Positions 28,216 through 37,949 of a stretch of DNA of 64,000 nucleotides are shown one piece after another. The notes under the pieces were generated by a model. That model saw only the letters and a list, made by a program, of their open reading frames with translations. It was not told the DNA's origin and did not search any database. Made by a program: the position numbers and the translations under genes. How positions within the stretch are numbered: the first letter of the stretch is position 1; the number at the start of each line of letters is the position of its first letter. Source of the stretch: an uncultured virus (IMG/VR IMGVR_UViG_3300029955_000023) (Duplodnaviria; Heunggongvirae; Uroviricota; Caudoviricetes); the IMG/VR virus record IMGVR_UViG_3300029955_000023, one strand, 5' to 3'.

Positions 28216-28338
28216 AACAAGCGCGGCGGCTGTGGGCAGCGATGAGGCCCACACCGCCGCATCCGGTGATATTTGTGTTCCAGGGCGTGTGTTACGCGCC
28301 CCCCGCCTCTAAACCGGATTGGCGAACCTCCTTAAAAA

Positions 28339-28761
28339 TCAATCTCCGCGTGAGAAGATCGTGAAGTCAGGCGGCAAGACCAGACCACCCCAAATGTGGA
28401 ACATATCGGCCTCGTCAACCATTTCGGCCGCGGGCGGGTAAATCTCGATAGCGACAGCCTGCTCGCCGAGGATTTCGTTTTTTATCCGCTGCATCTCGCG
28501 CCAAGAAGGTCGAACGCCGGACAAAGACGAAATAGCGAGATGCGCATTACCGTCTCGAAGCGGACGGACAAGCAGCGAAAAAACGTGATTTTTCCGAATC
28601 TGTCGCACTTCGCTAGGCCATCCCTTTCCACTGAATACGCCGTTCGGAAGTTCAATAATCTCCCAATCGCCCCAGACGCCAGATTTCCGACGGCGCGCCT
28701 CCCTATCGAGCAAGTCGCGGCGCTCGTGTCTGGTCAAATGCTGCATGGCTGGGTTTGTCAA
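28339..28761 (-). CDS. Conserved phage hypothetical protein
   Basis: HLAIS...PSWREMQRIKNEILG...AIEIYPP...VD.A...HIW motif. Confidence 0.7.
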   Translation of the reverse strand: MTNPAMQHLTRHERRDLLDREARRRKSGVWGDWEIIELPNGVFSGKGWPSEVRQIRKNHVFSLLVRPLRDGNAHLAISSLSGVRPSWREMQRIKNEILGEQAVAIEIYPPAAEMVDEADMFHIWGGLVLPPDFTIFSRGD

Positions 28762-29381
28762 AAATCAATCTCCGCGTCCTCGTCGCCGATCGCCTCCGCG
28801 CGCGGCGCGTCGTAGCCGAGGATGGCTAGGAGGCGCGAGGATGCGCGGACGGGTGCGCCAGCGTATTGCTCGGCCATGTCGGCTATGTGGGCTTCGCTGG
28901 CCCTTACAGCCAATTCCCGCATCTCGCCCTTCATCTTGCGAATGTCCATCTCGTGCAGCTTATTGCCCGGCTCACCGGACGCCGCGTGAGCGATCAGCAC
29001 AGCCTGCTTCTGCCGACAGTCCGCGATAAATTCCCTACGCCGGGCTGCTTCTTCGGGTCCGATATCGCGCGGCTTCTCCTCGGTCGCCTCACGGCGCAGC
29101 CGGGCCTGCTGGTCGCGCAACGGCTTCATGCGGCGCTCGCACTCGCTGCCGATCTCATAGATCGTGGGAAGGAATTGCGACCGGGAAGGAAGTCCGCCTA
29201 CCGGGTCACAGACGGCCTTGACGATGGGTTCGGGATAACCGCGCAGCACGGCGACGGCGGCGCGCAAATAGACCTCAGGGTCTTCCGCGTCGCCCCTACG
29301 ATAGCATCCGAAAAGCACCGTCGCGAACTTCGTCGCCTTCTCGGCGGAACACGTCGTTGTCAGGATTGTTGTTGAACTCAT
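28758..29381 (-). CDS. Putative helicase loader / replication protein (lambda P position)
   Basis: Follows the initiator gene; YP...V...C...FLPTIYEI motif. Confidence 0.5.
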   Translation of the reverse strand: MSSTTILTTTCSAEKATKFATVLFGCYRRGDAEDPEVYLRAAVAVLRGYPEPIVKAVCDPVGGLPSRSQFLPTIYEIGSECERRMKPLRDQQARLRREATEEKPRDIGPEEAARRREFIADCRQKQAVLIAHAASGEPGNKLHEMDIRKMKGEMRELAVRASEAHIADMAEQYAGAPVRASSRLLAILGYDAPRAEAIGDEDAEIDF

Positions 29382-29988
29382 CGCACAGTCTCCGGGCTAC
29401 GTCTTGGATCGAGGGCTTGCCGTTGCGCGTGGTCGGCGGGCCGGCGCGGGCGAATTGGTCAATGTTGCCGACCCATGTTCGCCAAGCAGCGCGCCAATCG
29501 GCCATCAGCGAACCTTTGGCGATGTGGTGATCGCGGAATTTCCGCCACTCGCGGCGGAAAATTTCTCTCGGCAGGTGGCTGGCGACGACGCAATCCTGAT
29601 CGTTTGGCTGTTCGGAAGGGGCTATCGGTCGGCGAGCCTTTTGGCGAGCGGTTTTGATTTTAGGGGTAAGAGACGTAGTCTCTTGGGGTATATTACTTCT
29701 AAATTCTTCACCAAGAAGACCGGGCGCGCGTATACGCGAGGGGCTGTTTTCAGCGTTTTTCAGTAGGTTTTCAGTAGAAGATTCAGCGTTTTTCAGCGCG
29801 GATTCAGCGTTTTCAGTAGTTGATTTCAGCGTTTTTAAGCGCGAGTAAGCGCGCCGGTTCTGCTCCTGACGGGATAGTTTTTCTTTCCGGCAGGCGAGCG
29901 CCTCGGTGAAAGCGTCGAGCGCGATCTTTATCGCTTCTGGAGGCGCGCCTGCCGCGGCGAGGGCTGATGCAAGATCGCCGGGCGTCAT
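29296..29988 (-). CDS. Replication initiator (lambda O-like)
   Basis: C-terminal FRDHH..KG...DW.AAWRTWV motif; internal iteron-like repeats. Confidence 0.65.
   Translation of the reverse strand: MTPGDLASALAAAGAPPEAIKIALDAFTEALACRKEKLSRQEQNRRAYSRLKTLKSTTENAESALKNAESSTENLLKNAENSPSRIRAPGLLGEEFRSNIPQETTSLTPKIKTARQKARRPIAPSEQPNDQDCVVASHLPREIFRREWRKFRDHHIAKGSLMADWRAAWRTWVGNIDQFARAGPPTTRNGKPSIQDVARRLCDEFNNNPDNDVFRREGDEVRDGAFRMLS
29747..29836. repeat. Iteron-like direct repeats (putative replication origin)
   Basis: About 8 copies of TTCAG(C/T), including TTCAGCGTTTT four times, in an AT-richer patch within the initiator gene. Confidence 0.6.
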
Positions 29989-30224
29989 GTGCGCGCCTTC
30001 TCCTCTCTCCGCACCGCCAACGGCGCAATCAACGGTGTTCCGGCCGGCACGACGATCTGGACCGGAGCGGGATGGTCGATCGTGCGCCAGGCGCGCGCGG
30101 AACAGGCGTTGCAGGCCCGCACGGTGACGCGGGCGTCGCTCCACGGCTCTCGAAGCAGGGCGACGCTGCATTTCGTGACGGCCCCGCACAGGTCGCAGTG
30201 CGAAGGTTCGGGCCTGTCGGTCAT
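29985..30224 (-). CDS. Zn-finger-like small protein
   Basis: CDLC...CNAC. Confidence 0.55.
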   Translation of the reverse strand: MTDRPEPSHCDLCGAVTKCSVALLREPWSDARVTVRACNACSARAWRTIDHPAPVQIVVPAGTPLIAPLAVRREEKART

Positions 30225-30427
30225 GCGCGGCTCACCGGCGCTTTGGCTGTCCGATCACGACATTCTTTGTCCGCGAGATCGTTGAGAGTATCGGCGGCGG
30301 CCCGCAGGTGCGCCATGAGCATGTCGGTCTCGCTTTCGCGCATCTTGATGGCCTTGAGGCACTCGCGCCGGGCGACGGTGCGCACGGCGTTGGCCTGTTG
30401 GGCGAGAGAGATGGGCCGCGCGCTCAT
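30221..30427 (-). CDS. Hypothetical protein
   Basis: MSARPISLAQQ...; overlapping start/stop. Confidence 0.55.
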   Translation of the reverse strand: MSARPISLAQQANAVRTVARRECLKAIKMRESETDMLMAHLRAAADTLNDLADKECRDRTAKAPVSRA

Positions 30428-30675
30428 ATCGCCCCCAGATTTTTCAACGCCATCGCGGTGTCGGCCGACAGCTTGATATAGGCGGCGATGTTTAGCGCGG
30501 CGTTCTTGGAGCCGGCCGCCAGCATGGTGAAACGCGGATCGCACGCGAGATCAGCCATGAGCTGCGTGGGCTCAATTCCGGGCTTGCGAATCGTGGCTGT
30601 TAACGCCTCGACGATGAGTACGGCCATTTCGTCAACGTTGATTAGGACGGCGTTCTTGGCTCTTTCCTCGGTCAT
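30424..30675 (-). CDS. Hypothetical protein
   Basis: GGAGA RBS; MTEERAKN... Confidence 0.55.
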   Translation of the reverse strand: MTEERAKNAVLINVDEMAVLIVEALTATIRKPGIEPTQLMADLACDPRFTMLAAGSKNAALNIAAYIKLSADTAMALKNLGAI

Positions 30676-31280
30676 CGGCGGCTCTCCCGCTTGGGATGCA
30701 GGTAGGATTCGGCGGCCTTGGACCGGCGACGGGCGAACCAAGCGCGGCGGCGCTCGCACGCCTTGGTCCGTTCGATCAGGTCGGCGGGAGTGATCGGCTC
30801 ATCGCCCGGGGGCAGAATTTGCCGCTTACGGGAGGCCCTCATCGTCGGTCCTCAGTCCTGTGGCGCGCGCTCGGCCAGTTGAGCTTCGGCAGCGTCACCG
30901 GCGCGGCGTGGTATTCGGATTTGATCTGCTCGCCGCGCTCGGGCGCGTAATTCCGGTGGCTGTTGGGATTCTGGCGAAGTTCAACGGTTCGTGAACGCGC
31001 GGGAATGTGACTGGACAAGCCTCCCGATGAGGCGCGTTGTCTCTTGCAATTCTGTGGGGTCTGTGGACTGCGCGGAGAATAAACTTGATCGGCGGCAGCA
31101 ATGCCGCTATAGCCAGACTGTGACATCGGAACTCGTCCTTCCGGTTTCCAAAGGGCCGGGTCGAGCGGGTGCACGCTCCCCGGCCCGCCCTTTCTCCACC
31201 CGATTTGCGTTTTCGTCAAGCGGGTTCCGCTCATCACGAAAACGTGATCTGCGGAAACTACTCAGGCTGTGGATAGTCGG

Positions 31281-31730
31281 TTAGGAGAGCCTCTCCACTC
31301 GCACCACGAGCCGCGCTGGGCCGCCATATCGCTTGGTCGCGCGCCCGTCCGCAATCTGCGCGTCGTCGCCGAACACGATAGCGAGCGGCAATCGGTCGTG
31401 TGACGCCAGCGATTCGTTCTTGCCGATGCAGTCGCCGACGAGCTTGGCGAGGTTGTCGTAGTCAGGCTTCGCGGTGTGCCAGTGTGTCGCCGCTACCTTC
31501 TTCTTCGGCCACGAGGCTGGATACTCAAACACGCAATCGACGGTTAGGCGCAACGGTCCTTCGAGCGGCGTGGCGCTCAATTCCAGCATTTTCGCGTAGG
31601 CGACCGCACGCACCTGAAGCATGTAATCGCGCTGTTTCGGCGGAGTGAACCGCCGCCGCGTGGATCCGCCGCCAGCGCGCGCAAACGGCACTGGCGGACC
31701 AAACACGACAAACTCGACGTAATCAGTCAT
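31281..31730 (-). CDS. rusA: RusA-family Holliday junction resolvase
   Basis: G.PVP..R, KPDYDNLAKLV.D and DDAQI motifs. Confidence 0.85.
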   Translation of the reverse strand: MTDYVEFVVFGPPVPFARAGGGSTRRRFTPPKQRDYMLQVRAVAYAKMLELSATPLEGPLRLTVDCVFEYPASWPKKKVAATHWHTAKPDYDNLAKLVGDCIGKNESLASHDRLPLAIVFGDDAQIADGRATKRYGGPARLVVRVERLS

Positions 31731-31742
31731 CGCGCCGCGTAT

Positions 31743-31958
31743 TCATGTGCGATCGCGCTTGGGCGCGCTTGATATGCCCGCGAAATCGTTGGGAGTGACC
31801 TTGCCGCCCGTCGCCTTCATGATCCGCGTCGCCAGCCTCATAGACGGCGCGCAACCACCCAGTTTCACCCGGTTGATCGTGGACTGCGAACAGCCCACAA
31901 CGCGGGCCAAGTCGGCCTCTGTCAGCCGCTCTTGTTCGATGAAATCAGAAAGCGTCAT
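31743..31958 (-). CDS. Cro-like HTH regulator
   Basis: LT...LARVVGCSQSTINR...PS...A.RI..AT.GKVT.NDF. Confidence 0.8.
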   Translation of the reverse strand: MTLSDFIEQERLTEADLARVVGCSQSTINRVKLGGCAPSMRLATRIMKATGGKVTPNDFAGISSAPKRDRT

Positions 31959-31996
31959 TTACCCCCCGTACACGAAAAGATTATGCGTGTAAAGGG

Positions 31997-32025
31997 TTGA
32001 CTTGATAATCCGCGTGGCGTATTTT
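31997..32025 (+). promoter_or_regulatory. Rightward early sigma70-like promoter
   Basis: TTGACT-17 nt-TATTTT, divergent from the cro-like gene. Confidence 0.6.
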
Positions 32026-32052
32026 CCGAAACAGAAAAACGAGGGATTGCAC

Positions 32053-32343
32053 ATGTCTATCAGCTACCCGAGCATATACGACGCCGCGAGGGTCGTCGCC
32101 GAGATGAACGAATATGACAAACATGTTTGGGTCGATCTTTGGTTCTTCGGAAAAGAACCAAAATGGGCGAGGAAATACGGACCGCCATCGGCGGGTCCAG
32201 ACCGCATCACTATCCATTTCGAGCCGGAATCGCTCGGGAAATTCCAAATGCTCGCCGAAGCAATCAACCATATTTTCGGCGAACCCACCAATCCGAGCGC
32301 GGCGGAACCCGCGCAATCCGAGGACAGCAACAATGGCGTTTGA
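32053..32343 (+). CDS. Hypothetical protein
   Basis: GAGG RBS; first gene of the rightward operon. Confidence 0.6.
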   Translation: MSISYPSIYDAARVVAEMNEYDKHVWVDLWFFGKEPKWARKYGPPSAGPDRITIHFEPESLGKFQMLAEAINHIFGEPTNPSAAEPAQSEDSNNGV

Positions 32344-32617
32344 AAAAACAGTCAAATACCGCACGCCAGATGGCGTTGAGCACGAGAGCGTAGACGCGGC
32401 GAAAACCCATGCGTTCGCGTTGCATTACGGCGTGCTGGGGCAGGCGATTTCATTGGATTTTGAGAAGCTCGTCGCTTCGCCGACCAAATACCCCGCCCTA
32501 CGAGACGCGCTGCGCGAGGTCTACCTTCGCGCTTTCCCGCGCGCCAACACCGGCAAGCCGAGGCCGAGGAAGGCGAAGGAGACGCCGGCTCTTGCGAGCA
32601 AGGAGGCTGCAAAATGA
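32333..32617 (+). CDS. Hypothetical protein
   Basis: GAGGA RBS; YRTPDG..H.S...A motif. Confidence 0.6.
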   Translation: MAFEKTVKYRTPDGVEHESVDAAKTHAFALHYGVLGQAISLDFEKLVASPTKYPALRDALREVYLRAFPRANTGKPRPRKAKETPALASKEAAK

Positions 32618-33525
32618 GAGGCCTCATCGCGCCCCTTGGCCCCGGCTTCTGGCCTAACGTGCCCGCGCACGAATATCACGCGGACCCGTGCGTAGAGCCG
32701 TCGCTGTCCTCGTCGATCGCCAAGGTGCTGATCGACGAGACGCCCAAGAAGGCATGGTTGAGCCATCCCAAGCTCAACCCTGCGTTCGTCGTGGAACACG
32801 ACGACCGTTTCGACCTTGGAACGGCCGTTCACGACTTCCTGTCGTCGGGAGGCGAGCGCGTGCGCGTGATTCCCGGCTTCACCGACTACCGGAAGGAGGC
32901 GGCGCAGACCGAGCGCAACAAGATGCGCGCGGCCGGCGTCGTGCCTCTGCTTGAGCATCAAGCCGATGCGGTGAATGAGATCGTCGCCAGCGTTCACGAG
33001 ACGTTGGCCGCCCGCAAGATCGACCTTGGCGCGCAGGAGGCGGTTTTCATCGCCGAGGATCGCGGTGTGATGCTGCGCGCGATGATGGATTCGTGGAACC
33101 CGCCATGGATTTCCGACTTCAAGATTTCGGGGATCAACCTCGCAAACGATTACACGCTGGGCCACCACATCGCCGACCTAAGCTACGATCTGCGCGCCGC
33201 GTTCTACCTTCGCGTCGCTGAACTGGTCTTTCCCGAATGGGCAGGACGGCTCAAGTATCGTTGGATCATGGTGGAAAAAGATGAACCGTTCGGCGTGCGG
33301 ATCGTTGAGGCCGACGCCACCACGCTCGAAATGGGCCGGCGCAAAATGGGCAACGCGCTAGGCGTCTGGCAGAAGTGCTTGGCGAGTGGGCGTTGGCCAC
33401 ATTTGGAGCATTGCTCGCCTACCGTGCCATATCCGAGCTTCGCTGAAACGCGGTGGCTTGAGCGCGAAGAAAAGGACGGCTTCGTTCAGGGTCCGATCGA
33501 TCCAAATGTGTTGAGGGCAGGATAA
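32614..33525 (+). CDS. RecE/exonuclease VIII-like PD-(D/E)XK nuclease
   Basis: YHAD...LSSS, GTAVH, D....DFK, YDLRAAFY, VEK.EPF and C...G.WP motifs. Confidence 0.8.
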   Translation: MRGLIAPLGPGFWPNVPAHEYHADPCVEPSLSSSIAKVLIDETPKKAWLSHPKLNPAFVVEHDDRFDLGTAVHDFLSSGGERVRVIPGFTDYRKEAAQTERNKMRAAGVVPLLEHQADAVNEIVASVHETLAARKIDLGAQEAVFIAEDRGVMLRAMMDSWNPPWISDFKISGINLANDYTLGHHIADLSYDLRAAFYLRVAELVFPEWAGRLKYRWIMVEKDEPFGVRIVEADATTLEMGRRKMGNALGVWQKCLASGRWPHLEHCSPTVPYPSFAETRWLEREEKDGFVQGPIDPNVLRAG

Positions 33526-33896
33526 TGCCCCGCACCTTCTTTCACGACATCACGCTCGAAGTCCTGCTCTGCGGCAACAGCTTCGAGTTGGTGGCGACCA
33601 TCGAGTTCACCGCGACGCCGGTTGTTCCGGCGACGTGGGATGATCCGGCGGAGGGCGGCGAGGTCGAAGTGATCGGCGTCGAAGGTTTGGCGCACGAATG
33701 GGCCTACGAGGTTGTTGACGAGCCGGGTGGCGTTCCGAAGCGAGTCAAGAAAGAGACGTTCATGGACTGCCCGCCCGCGCTTGCCGAGCTGATCCTCGCC
33801 AATGTCGATGAGGACGATCTGTACCGTAGCGCCGATTTCGACGACGGGCCGGACCCTGACTCTTGGTGCGACCGCATGAAAGACGAGAGGTACTGA
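33525..33896 (+). CDS. Hypothetical acidic protein
   Basis: PATWDDPAEGGEVE motif. Confidence 0.65.
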   Translation: MPRTFFHDITLEVLLCGNSFELVATIEFTATPVVPATWDDPAEGGEVEVIGVEGLAHEWAYEVVDEPGGVPKRVKKETFMDCPPALAELILANVDEDDLYRSADFDDGPDPDSWCDRMKDERY

Positions 33897-34906
33897 TGGA
33901 CGACGAAATCACCTTTACAGAGGCCAGGCGCGAGAACGTCGCGTTGCTGATAGGCATGGCCGGCGCGTCCGGTTCCGGGAAGACCAAGAGCGCGCTAGAG
34001 CTGGCGACCGGCCTTGCGGACGGCGGCAGAATCTTCGGAATTGACACCGAAGCAGGCAGAATGAAGCACTACGCTTCCGAATACATATTTGTGCACGGCG
34101 ACATGAAGCCGCCGTTTTCGCCGGACCGTTATCTGAAAGCCATCGACCGCGCCGAGCAGGCTGGCGCGGCTGTCATCGTCATTGATTCAGCGTCGCACAG
34201 TTGGGAGGGCGAGGGCGGCCTTCACGACATGCACGACGCCATCCTGAACGAACAAGTCGAGGCGGCGCGCAAATCGCACAACGGAAGTTGGCAATTCGAT
34301 GAGGACAAAACGCGCGACCGGCTAAGCGTCGGCGCGTGGCGCGAGCCAAAAACGCTCAACAAAAAATTCGTGAGCCGGTTGCTTCAATGCCGGGCTCACC
34401 TGATCCTGTGCTTTCGCGCCGACGAGAAGATGCGGATCGAGAAGGTAACGGATGATCGCGGGCGCACGAAAACCGTAATCATTCAAGCGAAGGACTTGCC
34501 GCCAAACGAGCGTTGGTCCCCGATCTGTGAGCGCCGCCTTCCCTACGAACTTACCCTTTCGCTGATTCTCACGCCGCAGAATCCTGGTTATCCGGTGCCG
34601 GTGAAGCTGCAAGATCAGCACGCGGCTTTCTTGCCGCTTGATCGCCAAGTCAACGTCGAAGCCGGCCGCCGCTTGGCCGCGTGGGCGCTTGGAGACGCCC
34701 CGGCCGCCCCCGATCCCGCCGTGCTCGCCCGCGCACGGGCCGATGTCGATTTAGCCCTCACCATGTCGACGCCGGAGCCGCTCAACGCGATCTGGAAGAG
34801 GTTGACGCCGGCCGAGCGGGACGCGCTAGGCGGCAAGGCGCAGTTCGGCGCGTGGAAGGCAAAGATCGAGGCCAGCGCGGCCGAAGGGGGCGACAATGCA
34901 GGGTGA
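33896..34906 (+). CDS. Sak4-like AAA ATPase (single-strand annealing)
   Basis: GASGSGKT, IDTE and VIVIDSASHSW.G.GG motifs; next to the RecE-like gene. Confidence 0.8.
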   Translation: MDDEITFTEARRENVALLIGMAGASGSGKTKSALELATGLADGGRIFGIDTEAGRMKHYASEYIFVHGDMKPPFSPDRYLKAIDRAEQAGAAVIVIDSASHSWEGEGGLHDMHDAILNEQVEAARKSHNGSWQFDEDKTRDRLSVGAWREPKTLNKKFVSRLLQCRAHLILCFRADEKMRIEKVTDDRGRTKTVIIQAKDLPPNERWSPICERRLPYELTLSLILTPQNPGYPVPVKLQDQHAAFLPLDRQVNVEAGRRLAAWALGDAPAAPDPAVLARARADVDLALTMSTPEPLNAIWKRLTPAERDALGGKAQFGAWKAKIEASAAEGGDNAG

Positions 34907-35081
34907 TGAGGTCTACGTGCGCTCGCCGCACGAGGTCATGCTAGACGCGATGTTGGAGAGCCTGCCGGCGAACCTGCCGAACGACGATCCTTCACTGATC
35001 CACGCTCTACGCTGGCAAGGTTTCATGCTCGCCGAGATCGGCCAGCACATTGACGAGATCAAACGAAGGAGAGCGAAGTGA
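34896..35081 (+). CDS. Hypothetical protein
   Basis: Coupled short ORF. Confidence 0.5.
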   Translation: MQGDEVYVRSPHEVMLDAMLESLPANLPNDDPSLIHALRWQGFMLAEIGQHIDEIKRRRAK

Positions 35082-35329
35082 ATATTTATGAGAAACATCT
35101 AGCCGAAGTGCGAGAGGCGCAGGTTGACTTCAACGAAGGCGCCCTGAAACTGCACGACGCCTATGCGGCGCGTGTGCAGGCGTCTCGTGAAGGCCTGCTG
35201 CACGCCTTGACCGGCGACAAGACGCCGATTGTGGACCTGGGAGAATTGGAGAAGCGCCTGCTTAGGCTACCCGAGGCAGACGATATGATTGTGTCAAAGG
35301 TCGCCGAAATCGGGGACTCCAATGACTGA
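35078..35329 (+). CDS. Hypothetical protein
   Basis: AGGAG RBS; GTGA overlap. Confidence 0.55.
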   Translation: MNIYEKHLAEVREAQVDFNEGALKLHDAYAARVQASREGLLHALTGDKTPIVDLGELEKRLLRLPEADDMIVSKVAEIGDSND

Positions 35330-35589
35330 CAGAACGTACGGCGAAACGCGAGATTGTAGAGGTTGCCGCTTTTGGAGCGAGATGATAGCGCGAACGATCG
35401 GCGGCCATCCGGTTGAGGCTATGTGTCTCAGTGAAACCGAGACCGCTTAATGGCCGCTACACGTCCGGCCGCCAGACGTGCCTTGTCTGGATGTCCGGCC
35501 ACTTTGGAGCCGTCGACGACCCACCTAATTACGGTGAAGAAACGCGCCGCGCCTATGCCGAGGAAGCCGCCAAGGAGCAAGCGAGATGA
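35322..35589 (+). pseudogene. Frameshifted Cys-rich small gene
   Basis: MTDRTYGETRDCRGCRFWSEM...AMCLSET stops at TAA ~35450; the +1 frame continues PLNGRYTSGRQTCLVW...AKEQAR to TGA 35589. Confidence 0.55.
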
Positions 35590-35933
35590 CAGAGGCAGTT
35601 GACGCCACATCCGAAGCCGTGCGGGCGCGCATCAGGCGTCTCGAAACCGACTACGCCGACGACGGGGCGGGGTTCGATGCGAAATTGCTCGCTGCCCTCC
35701 TAGCCCGCGCGGAAAGATCGGAGGCGGTGCTCCGTGTCGAGGTCGAAGCGCACGCCAAAACGGGGTTACTCCTTTGGATCATGACAGCCAAACGCGACGA
35801 AGCGCGACGCCTGCTACGCGCCGCCCTACCGACATTCGAGCGCGAGTTAGCCGAGGCCGACAGCGCGGGCGAGAAGCTGTTCTTGGTGCAGATGGTGCAG
35901 TCGATCAATCGAGAGATTGGAAAGGTAGCATGA
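35586..35933 (+). CDS. Hypothetical coiled-coil protein
   Basis: AAGGAG RBS; MTEAVDATSEAVRA start resembles the array's shared N-terminus. Confidence 0.6.
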   Translation: MTEAVDATSEAVRARIRRLETDYADDGAGFDAKLLAALLARAERSEAVLRVEVEAHAKTGLLLWIMTAKRDEARRLLRAALPTFERELAEADSAGEKLFLVQMVQSINREIGKVA

Positions 35934-36125
35934 TGCGAACGCCCGCCTGACCCGCGAGCGGGACGAAGCATTGGCGCTAATCGAACGAGCGTCAGAAGAA
36001 TTGCGATTGATCCGCATGAAAGACAGTGGCGCGGTCTATGACATTTTGATCCGTGCGGATTTGAACCGCGCCGCCATCGCCAAGGCCACATAACCCCCAC
36101 CCCGTAAATCATTAGGAGAGGCGCG

Positions 36126-36365
36126 ATGAAACCCGGCGACATCATTAGGTGGCAGTGCAAGCGATTTCCCCACGTCATACACGACTGGGTGGTTCGCGGC
36201 GTCCATCTTGGCGCGGTCGGCCACGAAAGCGTGGTCGAAATTGAGGGGCTAAATCTCATCCCCGCGAGAACTGGCGAGTGGGAAACGCATCAATTGATGT
36301 TTGTCCCCGAGTGCCTATTGCGAGACTTGCCGATTATCGGACACCGGAAGGTCGAACTCGCCTAA
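36126..36365 (+). CDS. Hypothetical protein
   Basis: AGGAGAGG RBS; flanked by repeated intergenic boxes. Confidence 0.6.
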   Translation: MKPGDIIRWQCKRFPHVIHDWVVRGVHLGAVGHESVVEIEGLNLIPARTGEWETHQLMFVPECLLRDLPIIGHRKVELA

Positions 36366-36398
36366 CTCCACCCCCTGTAAATCATTAAGAGAGGTAGC

Positions 36399-36824
36399 AT
36401 GAACGAATTTGAGAAGGCGGTGACAGCTAGGGATGCGCTGGTTTTGGCGATATCGGAGAAGGGGTTCGGGAACGAGCGCGCTGGCGTCGCCATTGAGAAT
36501 CTAGCGAAAGTCGGTTGGAAGCTCGTTCCGTATCATCAATACCCGAGCCCTGGGCCGTCCGGGTACTCGCCTGATGAATTTCCCGAGGCCGGCGGCGTAA
36601 CCGAGGCGGCGCGGGCCGCGAGGGCGGACGCGAGTGAAGTGCTTCGCGACGTGTTGGCCTCATTGGCCGCAGCGGTGCAGGCTAAGATAACCGAAGCGGA
36701 AATTCAATGTGCTAAACACGCGCCGATGGGCGGGATCAACTATCTGTGTTGGTTTGGCAGGCTTGCTGGATTGAAGGACGCCCTCGCCTATATCGCGGCG
36801 GCGAAGAGCAAGGGAGGGGAGTGA
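36399..36824 (+). CDS. Hypothetical protein
   Basis: GAGG RBS. Confidence 0.55.
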   Translation: MNEFEKAVTARDALVLAISEKGFGNERAGVAIENLAKVGWKLVPYHQYPSPGPSGYSPDEFPEAGGVTEAARAARADASEVLRDVLASLAAAVQAKITEAEIQCAKHAPMGGINYLCWFGRLAGLKDALAYIAAAKSKGGE

Positions 36825-37276
36825 TGAAACATCACAAGGCGTCTGAGGCTATGCGGGAGGCGGCGGCGAAGGTGGCGGACCGGCGCGCGAATTATGCGTT
36901 CAGCAATTGCGACAGAATGGGTGGTGCCGACCCGGAAACAGGCGTGGCGGAATGTTCCTTAGAATCTCGCGGCCAAGATTGCCGATGCCAACAGATAGAA
37001 GAGGACGCTGAGAATATGGCCGCCGCCATCCGAGCCCTCCCGCTTCCCTCCGCGACCAAGGCGGGGGAGTGGAGGCCGATAGAGACCGCGCCGAAGGATG
37101 GCGAGCCCGTACTAATCGCGTGCGACAGGACGGGAAGCATTAGGTGGGCCGTGTGGTCGGGAGGGATGTGGCGAGACGGTCAGGTGGTTGCCGGTGGCCG
37201 CGCATCTGGCGTCCCGAACCCAACCCATTGGCAACCCCTCCCGCTGCCCCCAACCCCCAAGGAGCCCGGCCTATGA
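36824..37276 (+). CDS. DUF551-like mosaic phage protein
   Basis: WRPIETAPKDG...PTHWQPLP.PP. Confidence 0.7.
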   Translation: MKHHKASEAMREAAAKVADRRANYAFSNCDRMGGADPETGVAECSLESRGQDCRCQQIEEDAENMAAAIRALPLPSATKAGEWRPIETAPKDGEPVLIACDRTGSIRWAVWSGGMWRDGQVVAGGRASGVPNPTHWQPLPLPPTPKEPGL

Positions 37277-37494
37277 CCAATATAGACGAAGCCTGCAAGA
37301 CGATGGATCGTGCGATTGCTGAGATCGCCGCCCTGCGCGCCAAGAATGAGGTTCTGCGGAAGGCGCTTGAATGCATCCTGCCGTACTTGCCTAAATCGAT
37401 GGCCAAGGACGACGGCCCCAACGCATTTTCCGGGCACGTCAAGGCTGCTGATACTGTCCGCGCCGCTCTCTCCACAACCAAGGAGCCGAAATGA
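37273..37494 (+). CDS. Hypothetical protein
   Basis: AAGGAG RBS; ends RAALSTTKEPK. Confidence 0.6.
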   Translation: MTNIDEACKTMDRAIAEIAALRAKNEVLRKALECILPYLPKSMAKDDGPNAFSGHVKAADTVRAALSTTKEPK

Positions 37495-37592
37495 GCGAAG
37501 CGCATGAGAAGCTGGCTGAGGAGCCCATCGAGCACCCGCTAAAAGAGATCGATACGCAGATTTATGTGTAACCCACCGCCCAGGAGAAAATA

Positions 37593-37940
37593 ATGAAAAT
37601 TCTACAATTCGAGACGGTTGCCGCCCAGGGCGAGCTTACGATCACGAAGTTGAAGAGAGCCCCAAATAACATCGGAATCCGCGTTGAGCCCGTTGATGGA
37701 AAACTGATCGTCGGCCATTCCGAAACGGGCCACCATCATGTCGTTGACGCCGAATGCGCGACGCTCACGCGGATCGATCAATTCACGGCGCTACTCGATG
37801 TGATCAAGATGACGCGGCTTGATCACCTGCGCGAGTGCGACACACATCCGAGCATCGCGTTACAGCCCGGAATGTACGAGTTCCGAACGGGTCGAGAGTT
37901 TGACCCTTTTGCTGCAACCATCCGCGCCAGCCAGGATTGA
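37593..37940 (+). CDS. His-rich small beta protein (partner of DUF6745-like), copy 1
   Basis: QGE...GHSETGHHH...H...I.L.PG.Y...REFDPF. Confidence 0.75.
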   Translation: MKILQFETVAAQGELTITKLKRAPNNIGIRVEPVDGKLIVGHSETGHHHVVDAECATLTRIDQFTALLDVIKMTRLDHLRECDTHPSIALQPGMYEFRTGREFDPFAATIRASQD

Positions 37941-37949
37941 GGAACTGCC

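Noticed and set aside
36050..36075. T-loop-like GCGG-TTCAAAT-CCGC on the minus strand
   Set aside because: No acceptor, D or anticodon arms; it lies within a plus-strand coding remnant.
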